A stretch of DNA of 59,013 bases, filler included, from Dimargaris cristalligena (Eukaryota), in NCBI GenBank assembly GCA_003614675.1. It is 5 parts of 5 records of this genome, joined end to end, with 100 filler letters (N's around TTAATTAATTAA, not from the genome) between each part and the next. Parts side by side here need not be neighbours in the genome. Positions count along the whole stretch, not along the records: positions 23,702 to 35,446 come from ML003090.1; positions 35,547 to 47,241 come from ML003091.1; 3 more parts are not named here. One strand, given 5' to 3'. Positions 25,998 through 36,271 of the stretch are shown one piece after another. A program made the position numbers and the translations under genes. Within the stretch, counting starts at the first letter, position 1. Every line of letters starts with the position of its first letter. The notes beneath the pieces were generated by a model that was not told the DNA's origin, did no database searches, and was given only the letters and a program-made list of their open reading frames with translations.

Positions 25998-26177
25998 ATG
26001 AAAAGCTCCTTCTGGCGGCGCCAACCCTCCGCCACCCCTATCCAAATATTCATCACCGAGCAGGACGTCTCGGCCGACTTGGATGACCTAGACCTGGCCC
26101 TGAGCAATTACCCCGGACTCTTGGTCACTAAACCGAACTGTTTCCCCGCCCCCCATGCTGTCGCGTAAGTTGGTCAA

Positions 26178-26218
<41 letters not shown>

Positions 26219-29200
26219 ATAATAATAATAGTAGTAGTAGCAGTAGTGTCCAAGTTTAATTATTAGCCAGCAGGGGGTGGTATGCTATTTCCTTTCGAAG
26301 TCTACACCCCCCGGCCCAATCTATTCCGGCTTTGTCTCTTACTCCTTCCATGTTTGTGGACGGAGCTAGCTAGCACTCCTGCCCCCGCATACACGCTATT
26401 GGTTTCAAAACCGAACATTATACTGGGATGGTACCCCTCCCTCCAGTTCGAGCGTCGGTCCTGTATGTCCATGCTAGTTCTACACATATATGCCCCTGGG
26501 CAAGGTCTCTCTACTAACCCCTTTATTCCCCTATATCTATTTCTGTACCATCCCACTCCGTCCCCTTTTCCGCCTTGGGAACCGTGTGACTGGGACCTTC
26601 ATCTTCACTTTCTTTAGCAGCAGCGGCGGTTCATACTCTACTTCGAATACCAGTAATTTATCAAAAGCCCAAGCCCCATCCTTCCCGAAAGACCGCGTGG
26701 TAGCCAAAAACCCCCCCTTAGTCTCCCGCCCCTCCAAGTCTAGTGTCAACTCCAACTTCTCCCAGTTCTTATCCGAAACTGACCATGCGTGGTCATTGGG
26801 TGGTGACGATACCGATGGCGACATCGAACCTATTATCCCCAATAGCACTGCTCTCGCCGATTACTCCAGCCTAAACTCCAACTCGAGTGTACCGTCCAAT
26901 GGCACCTCCACCTCCCCCATCAACCGCCCCACCGTGCGCACATCAACTTCCAGTCGGACCCAGGTTTCCCCCGTTATCCGGGCCCGCATGGCGTCGCTCG
27001 GTGGCATCTCTCCTCCGCGGGGTACTCGGCCCCACCAATCCCCCCAGGTTCCCCGGTCCCCAACCGAATGCATCTCTCCGTCGCTATTCGACGACACCCT
27101 CTCCCTTAGCCACCGCACGCTCAGTGACCCTAAACTGGAGCAGCGCAACCTCAAAGAAATGGTGCATCTCAATTCCCGCCTGGCCCGTGTGGAACGGTTT
27201 GCTGCCTGTTTGAGCGAACCCAACGTGGACCTGGCCAAGCTACGTAAGCTTAGCTGGAACGGCATTCCCGAGGAATACCGGGCCATGACCTGGCAATTAC
27301 TCATGGGGTTTTTGCCGTCCAACGCGGACCGACGGGAGCAAACCCTGTTCCGCAAACGTAAAGAATACGAGGATTGCGTGGCCCAGACGTTCGCCCAGGG
27401 CGTCGAAGGTTTAGATCCCGGTCTTTGGCACCAGGTAAGTCAGTTATCCTTCACCAGAAATGGGTGTTTACACTTTTTACTCTTGCTCTGACAATATTTT
27501 TTCATTGTTCAATGGGGAATGCTGAGGTCATAGTGGTATGGGTTTTGAGGAGAGTCGCGAACTCAGGTGTAATATTATTCCGAAACCGGTTTGCAGTTAA
27601 TGCCTTTGGCCACTCCTTCTCCCCTGTACTATTTGACAAGGCCCCATAGCTTCAACATCGACCCACTTATTAATCTGGATTACCGTACTTGATAATTTGA
27701 TTTACCCCCTTACAGATCCAAATTGATGTACCTCGAACTTTCCCCACATCCCCTCTTTTTCAGGACCCGGTCATCCAACAAGTAAGTGTGGAACTACTAG
27801 CCGGGTATCCTGATGCGTGGACAATCATCTTATTGGGAATACTTTCACTATATGACTCCTTACTCACTACCAGGTTTGCTTTGGGACTGTTCATTAAATG
27901 AAAGGAAAACGATGAACCGGAATCTAACCCTTGACTGCAACCTCATGCATACTCCCCCCCTATGTTGATTCTTACATGGTGCGATTTAGAGTCTGGCCCG
28001 TATTCTCTATTGCTGGGCTGATCGCCACCCGGCTAGCGGCTATGTTCAGGGAATCAATGATTTGGTGACTCCGTTTTTCCTGGTCTTCCTATGCTCCCAT
28101 ATTGGTAAGATTCCATCTACTACCCTGTTTTCATAGAATATCTATTACAAATGAATTGCTCCTACTAGTGTCGTCTGTATGCCTTCTCTGCCCTAAACTA
28201 ATCATCGATGTTTCAACTATTTGCTTAACACTGTCCACCTTCTTTTATTAAGCCACCGATCCGGAACATTCAACTTCCGCCGACATCCCTGATGCACTAT
28301 TGAATCAGGTCGAAGCTGACAGTTTCTGGTGTCTCTCGAAACTACTTGATGGTATTCAGGTAAGTAAATTGCCATTATGGTTGGTACCCAAAACTTCTTT
28401 AATATTGGGCAGTTCAATCAACTCGGAGACAATAGCCTATCCTCTAATCGATTAGTATAAAGCTAAGACCTAACATTATCTCTCTATCTTTCGGGATGCT
28501 GCTGCCGTTACTGTCGATGTTTAGGATAACTACATTCATGCCCAGCCAGGTATCTTGCGGCAGATTAGCAAGCTTAAAGAACTCATTGCTCGCATCAACG
28601 GTAGGGACTATTTACAGCAAGATTTTAAACGCATACTACCAGGGTGTTGGTTAGTGGTAAACTGCCGTTCTTGTACTATAGGTATACTGTTTTCAGCCAG
28701 AATAGTCTATTATTTGACTATAACCCTAATATCTTATACTTTATCTTACAATACTCTCACCTTCATCAGGCAAATTGGCCAGTCATTTAGAAAACGAAGG
28801 CGTCGAATTCATTCAATTCGCATTCCGGTGGATGAACTGTCTATTAATGCGGGAGGTGTCACTTAAAAACACCATCCGAATGTGGGATACCTACTTGGTA
28901 AGTTACAATATACTAATTGGGTGTGGATCATGGATGTCTTCTCATTGGGGTACTGGTTTGTTTACGATTATAAAAATGGGCCAATACTCACACGCATTAC
29001 ATTGCTTACATACAATTATTCCTTCTGATTTTTGTTGACCACAGTCCGAAGGCTCCACTGGGTTCTCCGAGTTCCACGTTTATATTTGCGCCGCTTTTCT
29101 GGTCAAGTGGACCGATGTATTACTAAAAATGGATTTCCAGGTAAGTTGCATACCTCGCACTCACTTGATTGTCTAATTCCCATATATTATAATCCCATCT

Positions 29201-29441
29201 AAAATTACTTTTATTGCCTGGGGCATTTGGTATTGCCGAAACCCCTCTTACTAATAATTGCATCGTACGCGTCATTTTATTTTTATGATAAATTCTTATG
29301 ACATTCTAGGAAATTATGTTATTTTTGCAATCAGTGCCCACAAAGTCCTGGACTGAAAAAGAAATCGAAGTACTCCTTTCCGAAGCGTTCATGTACCAAT
29401 CTCTCTACCACCATGCTCCGAATCACTACTCTAAAAAATGA
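25998..29441 (+). CDS. GYP1: TBC-domain Rab GTPase-activating protein (Gyp1/TBC1D22)
   Basis: About 9 exons: 25998-26164, ~26618-27434, 27716-27781, 27990-28103, ~28253-28359, 28525-28600, ~28770-28897, 29045-29140, 29311-29441. Motifs LRKLSWNGIP, IQIDVPRT (Arg finger), SGYVQGINDL (Gln finger), FAFRWMNCLLMRE, RMWDTYL. The N-terminal SFWRR resembles TBC1D22 FWKR. Confidence 0.92.
26178..26246. repeat. (TAC)n(TAA)n(TAG)n compound trinucleotide microsatellite in GYP1 intron 1
   Basis: Directly visible. Confidence 0.9.
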
Positions 29442-31302
29442 GAATACCTTGATTGAAATAAATCGACCTCACAATAGTGAATGGTAAGGTCGCTTCTAGT
29501 TGTCTCTAAACATCTATATGTTTTCGATTAGATTTGCCCGACCAACCCTCTTTTACGGGTCTTCTCTAGCCCCCCTCATCCTACCACGAGCATGTATTTA
29601 TATTATTACTCCCCCTGTTTCACTTGTTTGTTTTTTTCTTTTTGGAAATACCTGCCATGGGTTAGGGGTTTCTTATAGCTCTTTCAAAAGACCATTTCCC
29701 ATCCGTTAGCGTTACTATCATACTCTTTGGAAGATGCAATTTTAATGTGTTGTTACATTGAACTTACATACTTACATATGTATATAGTTTGAAAATAAGC
29801 ATTTCTTTTTAAACGCGTATTCTTTATCATTTTTTGACTGCGACTGTTGTATATGAACGTTCATCTTCATCCCCGCTATCAGTACCATATATCTCCGTTT
29901 TCTCTCCTTAGACTGACCTTATATATATATTATACATATCCCCCCCCCCGCCTTGTTATTTTTTTACGCGTTAGTTTAGTGCACCCTCTTCCCTCCCCCA
30001 TTCTTTATCAGTACTTCTGGAGGCTAATCTCACTCAATAAAGCCAGTACTTCTAACCAACCGTTCCACCGAACAATTCATTAGCAATTCCTTTCAAACCT
30101 GTCCGTAAACCTTCTCTCCAATTGATTGTAATACACTGACACATTCAGAGCGTGGTTCCTTTTTCATAAATATAATGACTAGTCCCCTCCCAAAAAATGA
30201 TGAAAAGCTCGACGGAAATCACCAATACGAAAAGTAGAGCTGGGGATATAGGCCCAAAACCACCCTTCCCACTGTAAAAAGGGGGACCGGAGAGGGAGGT
30301 TGAGTTATTAGTTAGGGAATTTAGAGTGTCCTAGAGCTTGGTTAAATTAGACAATAGGCAGCTGGGGGATGCGCCAAGGGGAAGACATCTAATATATTCT
30401 TCAATTCTTCTAAAAAACTGCGGGGAGCTCCTATATATTTCAACTTTTCTTTAGGGAAACAAAAACGGGTGCCATGCTGGCGCAAAGGGGAGATGGCAGA
30501 GCCTTATAAAGTAACGGCTAGAGCATTATTATAATATGGGAGATAACTAATAGACACCGCTGGAATGAGCCCTTTGGGTGAAACGTCAATAATTTGGTAT
30601 TACTAAATGACCATAACTTTACCAGCCATCTGCCCAATTAAGTAGATACTTTGGTGATACAGCCCGGATTAAACCCCTCCCTGATTTGATGGAAGGAGCT
30701 GGCGGAACCCTAGGTCGAACCGCGAGTGGAGGTTAGGTAGTCGCTTTGGTCACAAAAAATAAACCATACACTGATAGCTCAACTGGTTTCAGGACATATA
30801 TACCCCTCCTCCCAATAATAGCGGTCCAGGCTGGACGGACACAAAAAGTTAGTCTCGCTCGAAATATCAATGTGGTATTTAGTAAATGCCTCTATAATAC
30901 TGGCATTTGCGTCGACCCAACAGCGAGTCACGCGTGAATTTTCGGAGGCGGGAGGGTCCGTGTAACCCCGCACCCATATGTCTGTTAATGGCTTTTGCTA
31001 CACTAGCCCCACACTGCAATTACTCTACTTGGTTACCTGAAATATATTATATATATATGTAACTACTAACAGGTAAAAATTGACCTATCCGGCTCAATAT
31101 CGAAGGGTCAAAGAAAGTAGCTTGGTATTTGGGAAAGCAGACCAAATGTGCAATTGAAGGCAGGAGATGGGGGGGGGAGTTTCACGATTTCCGGTATAAC
31201 CGCGTCGTTTCAATAGGGGAGAGGTAGCACATGTGTCTTTTACAACCGTCCTCCTTCCTCTTAACTATATGTACACATGTGCCAGTAATCGGCGCCAGTT
31301 AG

Positions 31303-31311
31303 TATATAAAA
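31303..31311 (+). promoter_or_regulatory. TATA box upstream of the zinc-finger gene
   Basis: TATATAAAA about 100 nt upstream of the ATG at 31402. Confidence 0.5.
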
Positions 31312-31401
31312 GGGTAATTCGCTGGTCACCTGGATAGGTTTACCCCATTTTTCCCTAATATCCAAAATCAATTTACCCTATTTCTGCTAGATTTAGATGC
31401 G

Positions 31402-33114
31402 ATGTCTATAATATTTTTGTTGTGCTTACTAGTTCTAGGAACCCACATGAGTTGGTGCGGTGCTATGACCTTACCAAGTAATGCTAATCTACATAGTCGT
31501 TCGCTCGCTCCGGCCGAGATTCAACTTGAAGACCCTCTTCTCCTACTCACTAGCATTTCCAACCAGCAGCCGCCTGGGGCCTCCCCCCCTCCTAGCCAAA
31601 CGAGTGCCATGGTGAATCAACAACAACAGAAGCAACCGGTCGACGACTATTCCTCGGCCAAGTTGGCTGCTGGTCAGCAGGAATTCCATCACCACCACAT
31701 TATTCCGAGTCACGGGATACCGGGGTTGCTCGGCACTGACAACGACGGGGGGGACTGCACCTTTCTAGGCCACCAACCCAATGTGGGGGATACCACTACT
31801 GAAGGCGGTTGGGACTTGACCGGTGAAATCAATGACTACATTTGCAACTATCTGGCCAACCACCCGTCCTTGTCCACCCCTCAGGCTAGTACAAACGCCG
31901 GCGGGCCACCTATCCCCTCCTCCTCCTCTTCCACCGCCTTTTCCCTCCCGCCCTTCTCCAGTCGATTACCCGAGGCCTCCGATTCGTCGCCGTACACCAT
32001 GTCCGCTTCCCCGGCGACCTCGGATAATTTGACTAATCATAGCCATTTGGATGCCTCGGTGGCGTCGGATAGTCTTACCGAAGTATCCACCAGCGAAGAC
32101 CCGGAGGCGGGCATGGAATGGATCGATCACTATGTGACCAGCTATTTTGCCAACCCCTTCTTTAGGGAATCGCTTTGCATGGAGACGGAACAGCTATCTT
32201 CCGATATGGGGACGGTCGGCGTGACCACCGCCGCTGCTTATTCTGGCTTGGACAAGTCGCTGGACATGCCACCGTCGTTTCTAGCCAAGAAGAAGGAGGA
32301 GAAGGGGGTGGGGATCCTAGGCCATTCGAACGACCCCCTCCGACTGAAAATACCCTCAGTTAGATTTAGAATAGCCCGGCCGTTGGGGGCAGCGGCCTCA
32401 TTCCCAAACCGGAGCATAGCCCCTAAACCTCATATCCGGCGACCCGATGCACCCATCAGCACCATCGCCAGGACTTTCACCACCACCACCTTTTTTACGG
32501 ATCCCCTTGCCCAGTACCCGGCTCCGAACGCCCATCTTCATCCCAGCTGGTCGGGCCAATTACGGACCGGTTTAATGCCTAATGATAATAGTAATAGTAA
32601 TGGTAGTGGTAGTGGTAGTGGAAGTAGTGGTACTACCTCTCAAGACGACCCCGGCCGTTCTTCATCTGCCCACCATTCCCGTTCGAAACCAGCGACGCCC
32701 AAACCCAAGCGTCCCTGCACCAAAAAGCCTCGACCCACCCCTTCTAGTCCCAATAGTCTTTCCAAGTCTGCGAAGTTCTTGTCACCGTCGGACGACCACC
32801 CCACAAAATGTAAAATTTGTCAGCAAACCTTCAGTCGCCCCGAACACCTAGAACGGCATCGTAAAATCCACCAAGACGTCAAAGATAAGGTACTCTGTAC
32901 CCGATGTGGGGCCCAATTCGCCCGTGGGGACAGTTTAGTCCGTCATTCGAGGGATTTTAGGCAGGCCTGTGCGCGCCGGGTGTTGGAATCGCAGATTGGG
33001 GACCATATATCTTTTAAGGAATATAGAAAGTGGGGTAATGGTGCCCCTTTCCCTCTCCCTTCCCCTCTCCCTCCCTCCACCACTACCACTACCACCACTG
33101 ACCCGTCCTCGTAA
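31402..33114 (+). CDS. C2H2 zinc-finger protein with N-terminal signal-peptide-like segment, 570 aa, intronless
   Basis: N-terminus MSIIFLLCLLVLGTHMSWCGA; basic NLS-like PKPKRPCTKKPRP; ZF1 CKICQQTFSRPEHLERHRKIH; ZF2 CTRCGAQFARGDSLVRHSRDFRQAC (C2HC-like). Confidence 0.85.
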   Translation: MSIIFLLCLLVLGTHMSWCGAMTLPSNANLHSRSLAPAEIQLEDPLLLLTSISNQQPPGASPPPSQTSAMVNQQQQKQPVDDYSSAKLAAGQQEFHHHHIIPSHGIPGLLGTDNDGGDCTFLGHQPNVGDTTTEGGWDLTGEINDYICNYLANHPSLSTPQASTNAGGPPIPSSSSSTAFSLPPFSSRLPEASDSSPYTMSASPATSDNLTNHSHLDASVASDSLTEVSTSEDPEAGMEWIDHYVTSYFANPFFRESLCMETEQLSSDMGTVGVTTAAAYSGLDKSLDMPPSFLAKKKEEKGVGILGHSNDPLRLKIPSVRFRIARPLGAAASFPNRSIAPKPHIRRPDAPISTIARTFTTTTFFTDPLAQYPAPNAHLHPSWSGQLRTGLMPNDNSNSNGSGSGSGSSGTTSQDDPGRSSSAHHSRSKPATPKPKRPCTKKPRPTPSSPNSLSKSAKFLSPSDDHPTKCKICQQTFSRPEHLERHRKIHQDVKDKVLCTRCGAQFARGDSLVRHSRDFRQACARRVLESQIGDHISFKEYRKWGNGAPFPLPSPLPPSTTTTTTTDPSS

Positions 33115-33783
33115 TTCTCCGTCTACTTACTTCGCTTGACTGAAATGGATCATCGACGGGCGGAATTCAGTCAGATAATAGTACCGTTTAATGTTGTTTT
33201 GATTAGAATAATAATGTGAATAATAACAGTAACCGCAATAATATCCATTATAATAAATAGCGCATACGATAGAGACCACAGGGAGAAAGAGGTGCCTCAG
33301 CCCTTGCAGTATTTTTCATGTGTGTATGTACATGTTGTAAGTATCTAAGCTTGACCTTTTTCTAAAACCATACATTGTGGTATAGGGTATCAATGGGCCT
33401 TGTTGTGTCTTCACCCTCAGTATTACCCGTGTACTTAGCAGAGTACATTCACGTCACGTGTTAAACTAAGCACCACCTACAAAATCGAGAAATGGTAACC
33501 ACCCTCTACAACTATGTGGTTCCTGCGGAATGGCAACAGTACTTGGGGAATAGGAGTAACCGACGACATCCTTGAATGTAGTTTGGTGCGGTACATACCT
33601 CTTGAATGGGGGGCCCTTTACCACTTGTACAATTGTAACTTCGTTTTGAAAGACCGTATTTGACTTTTCCTTCCCACCAGCGGACTATAGTACTACTCCC
33701 ATTGGCTTAGGCCTGTTACCATCGCTGGCACTCCTCTCCCTCTTCAGTTTCCTCAGTAGCACTTGGTTCATTTAGTCACCGCC

Positions 33784-34628
33784 ATGAGTAACGCGGAGAC
33801 CAAACCCACCTCTTTCCACATGGAGGTAGACGACGCCAAGGTAAATTCACCACTTACCCACTCCAGCGGTAGCCTCGTACCCTCTCTGTCTAGCCCCATT
33901 CTAACTCAATGTTAATGGTGTGGAGGGATGTTTTATCCGACAGTGACGAAGGCCCGGTCAACTGGGAGGTTCGGCGCGAAGTTGTCCAAGACCCAGCGAC
34001 CCAAGGTTCCGCATCTAAACACTGTTTGGAATATTGCCTCTAGTCCAGGATTTCTATTTATACTCCCCCCCTACCCCTCATATATATATATACTGCATCT
34101 ACTCTCAAATCGGATTAGACCGATGTGACCGAGCCATGTCCTACTGACTGGGACACGACCGGCATTCTAGAAGCCAACCGATCATTTTTTGCCGAGAAAC
34201 CGATCCAGGTTTACCTGGAGGAAACCGTTGTTCCCGTACTTCAAGCCGGACTTAAGCAACTGGCCCTCCAACGGTAAGTTTCCCAGTGCCCTTGACTCTC
34301 GATCTTACCCTCTTTAGTATAGCTATGCCTATTAACATGCCTTTAAGCCACTCCCATGTAATCAATGTAACCCTAGAATCCACTAACCACTCCCTCCTCT
34401 CCCCCCGGACACCTACGCCAATACGTCCCCCTCGATTTCTAAATCCCATTTCCATAATCCTTCAGGCCCGCTGACCCCTGTGCCTTTTTGGGCAACTTCC
34501 TGCTTCAGCATCGAACGCCATCTATCCCAATTAAACAAGAACCCAAGGAACAATCCCAGGACCCCACATCCCCTAATAATACCGCCCGCACTGCTGCCCC
34601 TATTGAATCGCCTCATCCACCGCAATAG
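33784..34628 (+). CDS. Dpy-30 motif protein (COMPASS subunit Sdc1/DPY30-like); not in the ORF track
   Basis: Exons 33784-33840, 34119-34273, 34466-34628. Spliced product contains PIQVYLEETVVPVLQAGLKQLALQRPADPCAFLGNFLL, matching the Dpy-30 consensus. Confidence 0.85.
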
Positions 34629-35446
34629 AATCATGTCACTATTATGAATGGTACAGAATCAAAAAGGGGATAATAGCGTATGCTAGCCACCAATCACCGG
34701 GGCCATTAACATGAACCTCACCCATATACACATTAAAAAATTGCTCTGGCCCAGCTCGACCCCCCCCCCAAATAAAAAGAGTACTGTTTAAATACTCGTG
34801 GAAGAAGGTATTGAAGTTTGCCTTATTTAGTCATAGCGGTGCTTTGGGATAGATAGTGGTTGATTATTGATAATAGGTCAGTTAGTAAATGGATATCTGT
34901 AACTAAGGGTACCCAGTTGATGGAGAGGGATAAATGCCTACTTACTCGGGAGGTTTTAAAATTGCAACGGCTGCCCAGGGTTGGTGGTGGTTATGATAAA
35001 AGCTGGAATTGATTTGTAGCCTATGATAAGCTGACCAGATTAAAGGGCCGGGAATTTAGTCTAGATGAGATACTGTAATAACCATTAAGAAGGGTTGCAT
35101 AACTTGTACTGATGGTTCCTATACCAGTTACAAATTCCCCTATTCCCTTTTGCTAAGAATCCTACCATTTCCGATGAGTGACTCGAAACCTACAAGAGCC
35201 AATAACTACAGTCTAAATAATATTGTCAGTAAGAAAATATCTAAAAATCAAATCAAAAGTCAGGTATTTTCCGCTAGGAAATAGTGCTTCATTAAGAGCT
35301 AAATAAATTATCAGTAAAAATATAGCAAAGCCGAAGTGTGAGGAAGAAGTATATGGATCCCAATAGAAGATCAATCCGTAGCAGAATACCGTCCAGCATG
35401 GCCCATTATATACTGGTTTAACCCATGGCTTCGTTACAATCCAAGA

Positions 35447-35546
35447 NNNNNNNNNNNNNNNNNNNNNNNNNNNNNNNNNNNNNNNNNNNNTTAATTAATT
35501 AANNNNNNNNNNNNNNNNNNNNNNNNNNNNNNNNNNNNNNNNNNNN
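35447..35546. other. Artificial contig spacer
   Basis: N44-TTAATTAATTAA-N44. Confidence 0.98.
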
Positions 35547-35957
35547 CTATGTCAGCTAATATTTTGGCCGACTGAAGGCCGAGTGTCCCCTAACCTCTTC
35601 ACAAATCATTTAATATCATTACCTGAGTTCGAATCATCCTGCAGTCTACTTATTAACATTTATCCGCGGATTGTCTTGCTGCATTTTCTATGTTCATTTT
35701 GATAAAGCAATGTCCATTAATAACATAATGGCTGGTTCTTCCCGCCTATCGCCCGACTCGCCTTTCAGAGCCCGCCTTGCCCCATCAGTCCCCGAAAACG
35801 CAGCAATTGGGCCAGATCCCCCGTTGGGACTTGCGTTACCTCGGCTTGGGGGCGTATTATACAAGGGCAATGTATCACCAGGGCTTGATAGTACACATGT
35901 GGTGAAAGGACGACAATAGTTATGACAACCTCTTAGTGAACTAAATTCTATTAATAT

Positions 35958-36091
35958 GGGAGAAGTTCATTCAGGCTGTATAACGAAAAATCCATTGGAT
36001 GCGGCCAATATTACTGGTTAAAAGGTATTCTCACATATTCACCAATACACGAATTATGTAAAACCTTATACAGCTGGTTTGAATTTATTCC
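35958..36091 (+). mobile_element. MITE copy A (134 bp)
   Basis: Imperfect ~26-bp TIRs GGGAGAAGTTCATTCAGGCTGTATAA / TTATACAGCTGGTTTGAATTTATTCC, flanked by ATAT on both sides. Highly similar to the reverse complement of 52530-52667. Confidence 0.8.
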
Positions 36092-36135
36092 ATATAAACG
36101 GTCATGTGAGGGACCATAAAAAAACGTATACATAT

Positions 36136-36271
36136 GGGTGGAATTCAGTGCAGCTGTATAAGGTTTTGGATGATACGCGTATGGGAAAATATATGAGAGA
36201 CCCATTATTAGCTAGTAGTTTTTGCCTCGTCCAACTGATTTATCGTTATACAGCCTGGTTGAACCTTTCCC
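36136..36271 (-). mobile_element. MITE copy B (136 bp), inverted relative to copy A
   Basis: Same TIR motifs, GGG...CCC ends and ATAT flanks. Confidence 0.75.

Noticed and set aside
35171..35190. Hammerhead-like core CCGATGAG-TGACT-CGAAAC
   Set aside because: The core has CCGA instead of CTGA, and I could not form stems I and III with a cleavage triplet from the flanks.
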